Origin: Mytilus edulis
Lineage: Eukaryota
Assembly (NCBI RefSeq): GCF_963676685.1
Contig: NC_092353.1
Coordinates: forward strand, 50,592,001 to 50,656,000
Direction of reading: 5' to 3'
Length of the DNA: 64,000 nt
Shown here piece after piece: positions 1 through 11,984 of the stretch. Position 1 is the stretch's first letter. Each line of letters opens with the position of its first letter. Both the position numbers and the translations under genes were made by a program. Under the pieces are notes generated by a model. It was not told the DNA's origin. It saw only the letters and a program-made list of their open reading frames with translations, and did not search any database.

Positions 1-1040
1 GAAATCCCATACCGCATAGTCAGCTATAAACAGTTCGAAATGCCAATTATAAAACAATTCAAACGAGAAAAGTAAATGATTTATGTACAAAATAAATGAA
101 GGAAAAACAAATATGCAACACAGCATAAAACGACAACCACTGGGTAACAGGCCAATAAACTTCCTGTGTCAAAACAATCAACACAGAAAATTCAACACCA
201 TTATATATTCAAAGATGTCCTGTTTTTTAACTTGTGGACAAAAGATGTATACAGAAGAAGATATAAAAGCCTTAAGGAAGTGATTACAAGAACCTTTACT
301 TATACATTGACCTACATCCGAATCAATTTAGACATTTTAATAAATACTTTTTATAGATATATAAAAATCAGGGTTTCCCAGTGTCATGTAAACATAAATA
401 CATACAAAAACTTCCTGTTTACATGGAGGTTGGAGAGCCATTAATTTAATGAGATGCTGCTTAAAAGGTTATCGTCATAGGGTAAGCATGAAAATCACAG
501 AACAACTTTTTTTTCAATTTAAGATTGTGTAGTCTTGATACATAATAAAACACAGTCTGAAAGCTGTTAATATTCGATCGGAGCTTAGAAGTTCGAAACG
601 GTTCACAATAAATATAACTTCGAAAGGAAAATCTAGATTCGTACAGGTTTAAGCCACAATTTCACACAAAACTTAGATAAACTACAATCCTACTTAACTT
701 TTGTAACTCTTATATTAACGTTCAAAATTGCATCTTGTAAATAACCGTATAATGTATGTGAACAAAATGTTTGTTTGTTTGTGTTTAAGCGTTATGTCAT
801 ATATATATTTACGGACTTTATAATTTGAGGAAGCCAGAGTACCTGATGGTAAAAAGGGGCGGCAAATTGCCAATGCTTTTCATTCAAGATAGAACTTCCA
901 ACCATAGAGTTGACAGTTTAGTAAACCACCAAGACTAGTCAGTATATCGCTAAGGGTCGAAGAACAATTGCGCTTTGCTTATACATGTACATTAATTTAA
1001 AAGATATGTTCCCATTTCCTTTTAGATTAAATGACATTAA

Positions 1041-4000
1041 ATGGTAATGGACGTAAGCGGTAACTTTACCATTTATTTGTCTGACGGTGGAGATGAAGAC
1101 GAAAGAAATAAATCGAAACGAATCATCGAACGCTTGGAAGATTCTAATATTGGAATTATATACGGAGACAGAGATTTTATACCCGGATGTATGATACTAG
1201 ACAACAAAAGAAATGCGGTTCTAAAGTCAGACTTAGTGGTGGTACTTTTGTCCGATAGCTTTATAGACTCGACTGAATGTGTTTATGATGTTGCTTTGGC
1301 AATTTGTCTAGAAAGACACATTATTATAATAGACAACAGAAAACTAAGAAGAATGCCACCATTATTAAATGAATTGCCAAAGATAAAAGGACGTACAAAC
1401 TTTGTCAAAGTGTTACAAAAGCTGAAACGAATGGTTGATGGGTATTATGCAGAAGGTAAGTTCTGTTTTAGACTTGTACCTTCTCTTTTAAAAAGGCTGT
1501 TTCAATTCCGAAAGGTTTTTAGATTTTTGTCTTTTCATAGTTTTGTGTATGCTTTTTATTGATTTTTCATCAATATATGCGACGATGTTGCTTGGAATGG
1601 ATTTGGATTACTTTTGTTTATGTCTATGTCTTGTTAAAAAACGCTTTTATTTTTGAATGGGTATATAGAATACACCTTATCGCTATTTATCGTAATTAAG
1701 ACAACTTCCTGTTTGGTTCAAACATTGCAACAACAAACGTCAACTGTTTCAAGTTAAGGAAAGAAATTGTATAGAAAGCAAACAATATATATATATATTA
1801 AAATCATAACAGTTTTTTGAAGCTTTTTATGATTGTTTAAAAATATTTTTTTATAAATAAAAAGGTCTATGCGTAATACATTGTTTAAACTGGGCCCCAG
1901 ATAGATGTCAAATGGGTGTAAAAGTTGTGTAATTTCAGATCTTATTCGGATTGGAGTAAAAAGCGATATGGTGTATTAGTTTAAATTCTTCGTATATTTT
2001 ATTCCGGCATGAAATATTTGCCACTGAACGTTAAGTACTATAGTAACCAACAATCAATCGTGTATTTTGTTCAAAATTTTAACAGAAAAAAAACAATCAA
2101 GGAATAGGAAAGACGATGCACAGGTATATATCAGGGAAGTGGAACGAACAGCTACTTTAGAAAATGAACAAGAATTTCAAAACCAGATTCTCAGACTCCA
2201 GGCTCAACTGACGCAAACTCAAAGAGACAAGAAAATAGCTAAACACATTGCGATTGTAGATGGAGATAGAGCATTTAACAACTATCACCATGAACAAACA
2301 ATACGATACCAGTTGGAGAAAAGAATCAGAGAAATGGAGAACCATATACAGACACTCAGCAGAGAAAACGTTATGCTGAAGCAGCCAGTGGTAAGTTCCC
2401 AACACAGGTCACAGAAATAAATTCTTAAATTTCATGATAAACCATTATATTAAGAATTGCATGCTTCTTTTTGTAAATTTATTGGGGTGTCAAAACGTTG
2501 ACCGAAGTACTAAAAATGTACGCACGGTCAACGCTTTTACAACCCTATAAAGTTACAAAAAGAAGCATTCAATACTTATAATTACATTTTTTAGCTATGA
2601 TCGTGAAAACACGAATTTTATTATTTAATTCACCTGTGCACTTTATTGTTGGAGCACGTGTTATCATGAGTGAAAAGTTGTATTGAGCAATGCAACTGCT
2701 TACGGAATAACACGTGATGTGCAGTTAGCCAATCAGAATAAAATATTATAATGAAACATACATCTAATGTAATTTTTGAGGTATATAGGAAAACATTTCT
2801 GAGACGAAGTCTTCTCGTTTGTATTTTGTTATGTTATGTCATAGCTTTGTTTGCTTTACTTCAATTGCATATACAAAAAGAAGGCACACGTTTAATGTAT
2901 TGGTGTGTTTTACTTCTAGGTTTCTGTCAGTCCAATGGTTGAGAGAAATTCACAGCAAACTCCATTTCAAGAAATTCAAAAACAGATAAATCAGGTTTTG
3001 ATTGAAATATCAAATCTGAGTCATAAGAATGTAGACAACGTGGATACGAATACTACATTCTACAGAATGCCGACTGAATTGAAATGTTTTTGTCAAAAAT
3101 ATGAGGAAATGATTGGTATGTATACAAATTTATAAACCGTTTAAGGCCTGAGGGACGCCGATTTGATTTTTTGAGCGTGAGCCTCAGAGGGGAGAGGCAG
3201 GATGATTTTGTAAATGAATGTTTGGCCTGGTAAGAACTGAAATAGATGAATAATCAATTGGAAGATAAAAAATGCCTAGTAACTTTAGTTTAGAGGTTTT
3301 ATTTGAGATGTCGTAGTGATGATGTTAAGGACAAGGAACAATATATGGGCTATGTTGCAGATTTTGAAAAAAATTGCACACATCCTTTGCTCATTGAACT
3401 GCCTGAAAATCGAAAGAAAAAGTTGCATTAATCTAGTTTACTTTCTGAACATGACTGAGTACTCTCAGATCTGTTCATTGTGGCTTTTTGTGTCGGGATG
3501 TATAAGTACCCGGCCACGTCCACTTATATTTTTGTCCATCTGATGAGTAAAGCCCTTTTTAACTGATTTTTATAGTTCGTTCTTATGTTGTACTGTTATG
3601 CCACTGTCCCAGGTTAGGGAGAGGGTTGGGATCCCGCTAACATGTTTAACCCCGCCACATTATTTATGTATGTGCCTGTCCCAAGTCAGGAGCCTGTATA
3701 TTCAGTGGTTGTCGTTTGTTTATGTGTTACATATTTGTTTTTCGTTCATTTATTTACATAAATAAGGCCGTTGGTTTTCTCGTTTGAATTGTTTTACATT
3801 GTCTTATCGGGGCCTTTTATAGCTAACTATGCGGTATGGGCTTTGCTCATTGTTGAAGGCCGTACGGTGACCTATAGTTGTTAATGTCTGTGTCATTTTG
3901 GTCTTTTGTGGATAGTTGTCTCATTGGCAATCATACCACATCTTCTTTTTTATATGATTGAAATCTTTCAAAATAGGTGAACATTTGTAAAGAAATCACA

Positions 4001-5609
4001 TAAAATCTTCGAAAAGAGTTCTTTAATTTGTATTTAAATCATCAAATACATGTATCCAATTTCAAATCCATTGTTGTTTTTTTTTTTGTTTTTTTTTTTT
4101 TTTTTAAGCTGTAATAAATGATCTAAATAAACTTTGTCACCCAGGTCCAAATATTTGTCGACTGGGACGATTACTGCATTTATCAAATCACCAGATAGAA
4201 AAGGTAGAAGAATGCAGGGAGAATGGTTATGTTGAAATGTTTTGGCAGACGATAAAGTTTTGGCAGTCAAATGAAAACTCAGACGAAAGCTTTGTGACGT
4301 TACTGAATGTATTAGAAGACATTGGTGTTGATATCGGAGGTAACTTTAATACTTATATGAATTATTGAGGCTGCACAAGAACGCAAAAAAGACTGCAACT
4401 ACCTTTGCAGAAAAAGTCCAACAACAGTTACAGACAATATAGTTTATAGTGCTTATATAAAATCAATCACTGATAAAAGAAAACTAAAAGAAATAAAGTA
4501 AATTCTACAAAGTTAGTGATGAGTATGACAATTTCAAACACGTTTGATGATACAATTTAAAAGCTTAACAACTTTTTCAGAAATTAAATAATATACACGA
4601 CTGTTTGATATCTATTTAGGAAAGCCAATGTCAAAGACTGAAGTGAGAATACTCCATGAGAAGATTCCTTTCATCTTGAACAATATTTACCAAGTAAATG
4701 ATTTGATACCATACCTGATATCTCAGCACGTGTTAACACACGTGACTGAGATGTTTATCAGAGAACCAAGGAATAAGGAGGAAAGACTATTGCGTTTAAT
4801 CAATGTTCTCACAACAAAACACTATGGAATTAAGGCCCTTTGTAATGCCCTTACCCATACAAACCAGGAATTTATAGCAGACGAGATATCACGTGAGTAT
4901 ATATTGACACATGACAAAGTAGGCAAATGTAGGTCTGCTTTTACTACCTCAGTTATACTTCGGAGTAAGCTGGTCCCCCGTTCCAATTAAACTCCGCACC
5001 GAAGCGTAGCAATAAGTGAATACAACATGGGACCAGTATGCTTATGTGCTCTTACATTTAGGGATGGATCTAGGATTTTTTATAAGGGGGCGTAATTCCA
5101 TTAAATCGGGACGAAGAAAAAAAACGACAAGCGTAGCGAGTTTAAATTTGTTTTGAAGATTTTATGCTGAAAAACATTACGACCTCTTCCCCCTTTGAAT
5201 CATCTCTTAAACTGAGAATGTTTTCGATAAGATAATTTATAAGCTATAACCGTGAAGAAATATTGATAACATTAATAATAATATTGCATGTGAGCTTAAA
5301 AGATCTTAAAGTTATCATTTTATTGTAGGTTCTATGCCAAATATACCGACAAGCCGTTTCCCTGTTGAATTAACTGATGAAAGCTGCGATTCTCAATGGA
5401 GTTCAGATGAATCTAGACTACAAGTAGCACGTGTTGCACCAATTACCGCTACAGTAAATTCAGTAAAAGCATATGCGCACCTTGAAGAAAAACATCAGTG
5501 TCAGAATGAAGACTTAAATAACACATGTGTCGATGGAATTGAGCAATTAATTAAAAAGGTCTCTAAGGAAAAAACTATAAAATCCCGTAGGGGTTGTAGT
5601 ATTCAATAG
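1041..5609 (+). CDS. TIR - coiled-coil - Death domain - CARD protein with C-terminal CaaX box; 6 coding exons: 1041-1455, 2086-2390, 2920-3115, 4109-4339, 4620-4892, 5329-5609 (1701 nt, 566 aa)
   Basis: All five introns are GT..AG with matching phases (1,0,1,1,1), and the joined length is a multiple of 3. Exon 1 is a TIR (FTIYLS, GDRDFIPG BB loop, VVVLLSDSFIDSTECVYD). Exon 2 is a Q/E/K-rich coiled coil. Exon 4 translates to AVINDLNKLCHPGPNICRLGRLLHLSNHQIEKVEECRENGYVEMFWQTIKFWQSNENSDESFVTLLNVLEDIG (Death-domain pattern). Exon 5 is CARD-like (LIPYLISQHVLT..ERLLRLINVLTTKHYGIKALCNAL..NQEFIADEI). The protein ends KSRRGCSIQ*. Confidence 0.88.
3476..3955 (+). repeat. Abundant dispersed repeat; relatives at 1-140(-), 17222-17365, 37755-37935, 57223-57500, 58555-58660(-), 60050-60310(-)
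   Basis: Shared GTGCCTGTCCCAAGTCAGGAGCC and GAAGGCCGTACGGTGACCTATA blocks. A sister family lies at about 9530-9800 and 21990-22270. Confidence 0.75.
4109..4339 (+). CDS. Death-domain exon (exon 4 of the TIR gene), absent from the supplied ORF track
   Basis: Poly-T tract followed by AG at 4107-4108, 77 open codons, GGAG|GTAACT donor. Motifs RLGRLL-L---QIE-VE and W---E----SF-TLL-VLEDIG are typical of Death domains. Confidence 0.85.
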
Positions 5610-7119
5610 TACAAGTACCAACCACAAATATTGTACATAGTAGTCAGAGAGCTCATTGAGGTCTTGCATTTTAAAGGACAAATTTCAAACAGTTGAGAAA
5701 CTGTTTAGCCTGCCAAAGCCAAAGATAACACAAAAAAAGTGAGAAAAAAAACTTTAGAAAACTTTTATGTTTTTCTTTTGCATACATATGGAATAAGTTG
5801 ACTTAAGGAGTGAAAGATTGCAAATTAATACAGTTAAATGATAAATACTTTTATATGAGTAGTCTTGAAAACATGAAGCATTTGTTGTAAATGATATGTT
5901 TTTGTATAAATTATTATGTGCTGTAATTGTGATATTTACTTGACTTTTTGAGGGTTACCGTGAATTAAGATAAAGTTATTGTATACAAAAATACAGGTTT
6001 TTTTATATATTTATTGCAAGTATGAGTGTTTATGAATATTTTGGGATGCGGGATATATATAAAAAGTTGGATGTCGGTTATTAGAGTAAATAGAAACAGG
6101 GATCTGGGAAAGAAAGGGAGAACGTGTGTAGTATACTGTTGTTTTTACTTTTTAACTGTTCTCTTTCATTTGCGTTGTAAGTTTAATTTATTTTTGACTT
6201 GAGTCACTGCCTAGCTGCCTTGTCTGGCAAAACAGTTGTTAGACGTCAGAACAAACGCGGACTACTTCGACTTGTGAGTTTGAAAGCCCGTTTGTCTTCT
6301 TTCTGCTCCCCATGTAAGTTAGTCTACAGCGAAGAACTATTTTCGCCGGGTTGCTTATATTTATAAACATTTTTTTTTCTGAAGAAAAATGTCACAATCA
6401 CTATTTGTTTACTGACTATTTCAAGAAGTGTAATTTTTCACTGGCGTCTTATAGGTATTCAACAATTGACCCCAAATCTTAAAAAAATAACCTTGAAGAA
6501 GTGACAGTTGTGGGTACGATCGTAAACTTCATACACTAGTCTATGGATTTATGATTATTGCCCAATTTCACATAAGAAAATTACACTTTAAAAGAAATCA
6601 TTGATCACTAAAACTGATATTACACCCTTGACTCGATTTCACTTCCCTTTTTAAAAAAAGTTCAAGTATTAAAAGTGAATGGAGTGTAAGTAAATATAGA
6701 ATAACTGTCCTACTGTTTAAATTTTTATGATGTTGTATAATTTATAAAGTTGGTATACATACTTTGATTTATATTAACGCTTCGTGTGGGTGTCATAGAA
6801 CAAATATTGGTCTCTCCTGTTCGTTAATATAATAATAAAAATGCACAAGGAAACTTGAAACGTATACTCCACGTCTATCGATACACACTAAATAATATTT
6901 GGTCCGTTTTAAATCATATTCCCAACTTATGGATCTTCCCTGAAATATTTGCCAATGGACGTCAAGCAACAAACAATCAGTCAATAATATTATATTTCTT
7001 ATCCATATCGCGGCGTGTCATAACAAATTATGTTTTATTATATTGGTTTGTCTGTCATATGCTCCACGAAAACATTAAATGAAAGTTTCTATATTTAATG
7101 CCAGCAATGAAAACCCCTC

Positions 7120-7350
7120 CTCTAAATTAATGTGAAACTTCTTCACTCTAAGGAAGGTGGGGATTAGATATACATTGTAGGTACTAAGACTCGTTAGAGC
7201 TACATACAACATGTAAGGCCATCTCCTCGTAATGCAAGTAAAATTTACAACAAAAGAAAAATTTATATTTCCTATCGTGAACTCACCATTTCTATCCAAA
7301 AAAATAAATAAATCAAACAATATCTTCTAATGGAGTAAAATCAACCGCAG
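7120..7350 (-). mobile_element. Highly degraded Penelope-like RT fragment
   Basis: FDLFIFLDRNG...NFSFVVNF resembles the LDL..G....DFNFPIVNF segment of the fragment at 47835-48300. Confidence 0.35.
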
Positions 7351-7967
7351 TTCATACAATATTGTAAATTGTATGTATCTTATCATGATTGCCTTCAAGG
7401 GAGGTTGTTGTTGTCACCTTTGAACCAATTTGGTTCATGATGGTAAAGTCGAGGTCAGCTCTTCAAAAGTTAAACAGATGCCAGCATGATTGGGTTGAAA
7501 ATTATGGAATATCAGTGTCAAAGATGGCCCGCACAATTAAGGCTACTATCTTATCCTCTTTGTGTCGTTTATGACTCGAAAAAAAACTAGCTGATCTACG
7601 GATTTTTAATCGCCATGAGGAAATCTACAGGTGTCGCTCGTTAATCAGGAATTGTTTACCCTTCCGGAGCACTAAACTATAGATGTTGTATTTAGTGGAC
7701 TTTCGGATTTGTATGTTTTTCTTTGGCAGTGTCTGTCTTTCTTCAACTAATCGTTTTGTATTTTTTTTTATGTCTTTTCTCCTTTCATACGGATCATGCT
7801 GATTCCATTTTTAGTTGTTTGATACACATCACGGTCTGGTCGTCAAAAGTCTGAGCAATCTCGGACTATTATGCCCTTACAAAAAGAAATCCCAAATTCT
7901 TTATCCGCAACCTAGATTTTAACTTTCAATGGGATTACTGTGGCCTTTTTAACATTTTTATATTCGA

Positions 7968-8011
7968 GCGTCACTGATGAGTCTTTTGTAAACGAAACGC
8001 GCGTCTGGCGC
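7968..8011 (+). ncRNA. Minimal type I hammerhead ribozyme (Penelope/retrozyme type)
   Basis: Stem I GCGUCA(7968-73)/UGGCGC(8006-11); core CUGAUGA 7974-80; stem II 7981-93 with one C-A mismatch; GAAA 7994-97; palindromic mini stem III CGCGCG; GUC cleavage triplet 8003-05. Confidence 0.8.
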
Positions 8012-8818
8012 AAATATAAAATTTCAATCCTGGTATCTATGATGAGTTTATTTGTTTCATCCCAAATTTTCTTAATATGTATTTTTATCACTCTACTTAA
8101 AGATGCACGCATACAATAACTATAGAAATAAATTAGGAAAGCTTATGAAAATATACGCAAGTTATACACTGTCCACACTAGGGAATATATTTGTGTGTAG
8201 ACAATGAACGATAACTGTGTACTCGGAATTCAGAATTTCTTCCGAGTTATATCCCTTATGCCGTTCATGCAAACATAATCATGATCTAAAACGCCTTTAA
8301 AATAAATCGGGAAACTATCCAAATGGACTCGGTTACTGGACAATTTATTTTTAACAATCGTTTATTATCTTATTTCCAGTCGATAAATTGTCATAAAAAA
8401 ACTACTGCTAGCACCAAGATTTATAAGGTTATATTTAGTACAAGATTCATTACGGTCTTATGTATACTAGTACTGAAATATCCCATTCAGTATACGCATA
8501 CGGATATAAATTACTCACCAACGAGGCTTTATTCAGTTTTGACCATTACAAATATGGATGTTTTCGATGATTGCTATTATATACAAATGTGTGCATCAAT
8601 AATTTACAACTATACTGAAAAGAAATGAGAAAAACAAAACACGTCTTTACTTACTCAATATATATATCTTAAATTCGTATATTAAGAATTTTGTGTACTG
8701 TGGATTATATTATTTTCGTGGGTACCAATTTTCGTGGATACCGATATATGATATTATTATATGATGAGCAACATATAAGACGAACTAGTCTTCGAACTGC
8801 TATGACATTGTTGTTGTC

Positions 8819-9307
8819 TTATTCATAGTATAACATGTAGCAAGTTGCCACGATCACACTATCCTCGAATGGTACAGTCACAGATGTATGTGTATCTGTA
8901 GAATCATTCCATAGACATCTACTTCCAACAGAAATTGTAGCGTTTTCTTGAACAATAGTTACGTGTACAATTATTCTAAAACGACTGTTAAAATACTCCG
9001 CTTTGATTCGTTGTCTGATAGCATCACTCAGTCGCGTGCAGAGAAAACCACGCCCCTCTTTATCCAAGAAATCTTCCTCCTCTCCGGAAACCACCTCCAG
9101 TATTGTATTGTTCATGATACTGTTGACAATTTTGGTTGCGATAGTGTCATCTGGTGCTATCCTATATGTATTCTCATAACGAATTTTAGGTTCTTCGCTC
9201 GTTTCAGTTCGGCTGCTGTCATCTTCTCGCTTAAAGATGTGAGGAGACTTGATAACGTTTCTCACTAAATTAGAAAATCTACTAAGTCTTGGGAGACGCG
9301 TTTCCAT
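8819..9307 (-). CDS. Tctex-1 domain dynein light chain (TCTEX1D/DYNLT5-like), copy 1, intronless CDS, 162 aa
   Basis: YENTYRIAP motif, RFRIIVHVTIVQ, GSRCLWNDSTDTH, C-terminal ATCYMLYYE. Confidence 0.9.
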   Translation of the reverse strand: METRLPRLSRFSNLVRNVIKSPHIFKREDDSSRTETSEEPKIRYENTYRIAPDDTIATKIVNSIMNNTILEVVSGEEEDFLDKEGRGFLCTRLSDAIRQRIKAEYFNSRFRIIVHVTIVQENATISVGSRCLWNDSTDTHTSVTVPFEDSVIVATCYMLYYE

Positions 9308-9961
9308 TTTGTCTTGTTAAGATATACACACATAATGTACTTGGGTTAAACGTACTAAGTAATTAACGATTAACAGACAATTAAATCTTTTGTTTTTAGT
9401 GTGAAAGTTTAATGTTTCAAAGGATAGAACAGTGACAAGTCAATCCATGAATTTAGTTTGTGTTTCGTTACTAAAATAGAAAACAATCAAATATCGTAGC
9501 TGACAATAGACTATGCATGAATTCTTCTTAACCTAGTTTACTGTGCGTATTGCTGTGTGTTTTTTCAACATTGGCTAGAGGTATAGGGGGAGTGTTGAGA
9601 TTTCAAAAAACATGTTTAGCCCCGCCGCATTTTGCTCCTGTCCCAAGTCAGGAGCCTTTGTTAGTCTTGTATGATTTTTCAATTTTAGTTCATTTATATA
9701 TTTTGGAGTTAGGTATGACGTCCATTGTCACTGAACTAGTACACATTTTTGTTTAGGGAGCCGCTGATGCACGCCTTCGTGTGCGGGATTTTCTGGCTAT
9801 CATTTAACAGTCTTTAGAACTGAGGGAGTCAGACCCGTGTCAGGCAAGGTTATCATGGTTATGATGGTGTTTTTAATATACATTTATAATTGAACTCTTA
9901 ATGTTCTATTATTCTATAAATTGTATTGTATTATATTGAATTTCATTGTATTGCATTTTAT

Positions 9962-10255
9962 TGTATAGCAATATAATATTTCCCACAGAAAGTAACCAAA
10001 AGTTAGCGTGCAATAAATTCTAATATTGCACTAGTACAATAAATCGTAAACATTCATGACGTCATCAACGACAAAATCTTAGTTTAAACCAATTTTTACT
10101 TTGAAATATTATATTGCTATACAATAAAAGGGTTATTGCATGAATATTGGGGAATATTGTCCCTCGTAGAACATATATTGCACTCGCAAGCTCGTGCAAT
10201 ATAAAAGTCTACTCGGGACAATATTCCCCAATATTCATACAATAACCCTATAGTA
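9962..10255. mobile_element. Hairpin-ended non-autonomous element within (ATTGT)n-like low-complexity DNA
   Basis: GGGTTATTGCATGAATATTGGGGAATATTGTCCC ... GGGACAATATTCCCCAATATTCATACAATAACCC inverted repeat. Confidence 0.6.
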
Positions 10256-11984
10256 TTACATTGTATTTCACTGTATTGCATTGTATTGTATAAAATTATT
10301 GCTTGATTGTATTGCTTGACCCTTATGGGTGTAATTTTGCAATAAAGATTTATGTATTGAAGACTCGTTGGTGGACTTCGGCTGTTATCAGCTCTTTGGT
10401 CGGGTTGTTGTCTCTGACACATTCCCCCTTTCCATTCTTAATTTTATAAATGTAAAGAAAGCATGTTTTCTTCTGCAGTGGCAATTATAAAAGACTTTTT
10501 TGTAATATTGTATGTTTGGGTACAAAAAGGGGGTCCATATCCTAAGCAACTAAGCTAAATAATGCATGTCTCATCTGACATAAACTTTTGTTTGCTTGGT
10601 AACGTGGTAATGGCTTAATCTTTTTAATCTTATGAATTGCTGATGAAGCATGTTTTAATATTTGACAAGAAGAATGACACATTATAAATGAAAGATTTAT
10701 TATCCAAATAACATGCCGATTGTACATAGCATTACATGTTACAAACTATTTGGTAATTTAGTATCTTTTTAGTTTATCCGATTATATAATATATTTGTTT
10801 TAAAAAAACCTGCAAGGGGTATGAATGAAATAAATGTGTTACCCCCACAAAAAGGTTAATAAGGTCATCGTTAAAATTTTCAAGTTGAGTTATATAGTTA
10901 CGTGCACAATGGACCAACTCACATTTTATGTAAAGCTATTGCACTGACGATGGTGTTTTCAATTCAACATATACGACGGAATCTGCTTCGATGAAAAACT
11001 GTCCAACCTTTGAAGAAATCCGATAAAGCAAATGTGAAATGATTTTCTTTTTTTTTTCTTTTTCTATAAGATTCGATCAAAGTTTTTTTTATAAATAATA
11101 CCTATGCATTAAGATATAAAAGATGGGTTTTTTTTTCTAACATTTGGCACTGTCTTCTCAAGAGATTAAGCATATTTCTTTTATATTCAAAAATGTTTGA
11201 TAAATGAATATCTTTACCCTCACGGGAAACCCCAATAACACTGAAGGAGAGAGCATGTGTATTTATTCATTCTAACAACTACAATTGTCAATCCTCCTTT
11301 GAAGCAGGGATCTTAAAACCTTCTTTTGATCGAATTCGAAACAAATTGCGTATCTTAAAAAAAATTTTTTTTTTTAGCATCTTTATGTCTAAGTCTTGCA
11401 CTATCAAGATGTTTGATCGTTTTTTTGACAAAAGAGACGTCTCCAATTTTCATAAAGACCTTTCCTTTTTTTTGCAGGAACATTCCAGCAGCACTTTCAA
11501 TGCGAAGTAATGATCCCCCTCCACTTGTTTCGAAATTCCAATTTATCAGTTTCCTTGACGGATGATTTTTTTTCAAGGAACATATCGAACTTAAAAGTTT
11601 TTACAGACCCTACCATGATTTGATTCAATTTTCGCAATAGCTTTGCCACAAATTAATAACGTGTGCTATTATATTGTTTAAGCTAATTTACTTCCCTATT
11701 TTTATCGAATGCGTCTCACCAATGGATTTCTTTATTGTCATGAGTAGTAAATCGATTTCCACCAGTCGACTGTTGACTGATTTATTCTTAATCGCATCCA
11801 CTATCTATTTTTTATACCGGTGGTCAAATGTTTTCAAGCGAGAAAAATAGTTATTGAGGCTGCCATTGATGAACGATTTAATAGTATGAATTCCGATTTA
11901 AAGCTCTCCGAATAAAAGGAAATGTGGTTTGTGTCAAAAGGATAGCAACATTGAACAACACTTTCAAAAAAATCAAGAATGTAA

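Noticed and set aside
1456-1562. Hydrophobic, TM-like tail of the TIR ORF
   Set aside because: Read-through into intron 1 after a strong AG|GTAAGT donor.
3540-3570. CTGATGAG as a second hammerhead core (also at about 25348)
   Set aside because: No properly placed stem II, GAAA or cleavage triplet follows.
8948-9268. Plus-strand ORFs overlapping Tctex genes (also 25962-26162) and 2157-2405 opposite TIR exon 2
   Set aside because: Antisense shadows with no independent coding signal.
11200-11900. Coding-like stretch between Tctex copies 1 and 2
   Set aside because: Interrupted frames and no recognisable motif; it may be a decayed element, but that needs a translated search.
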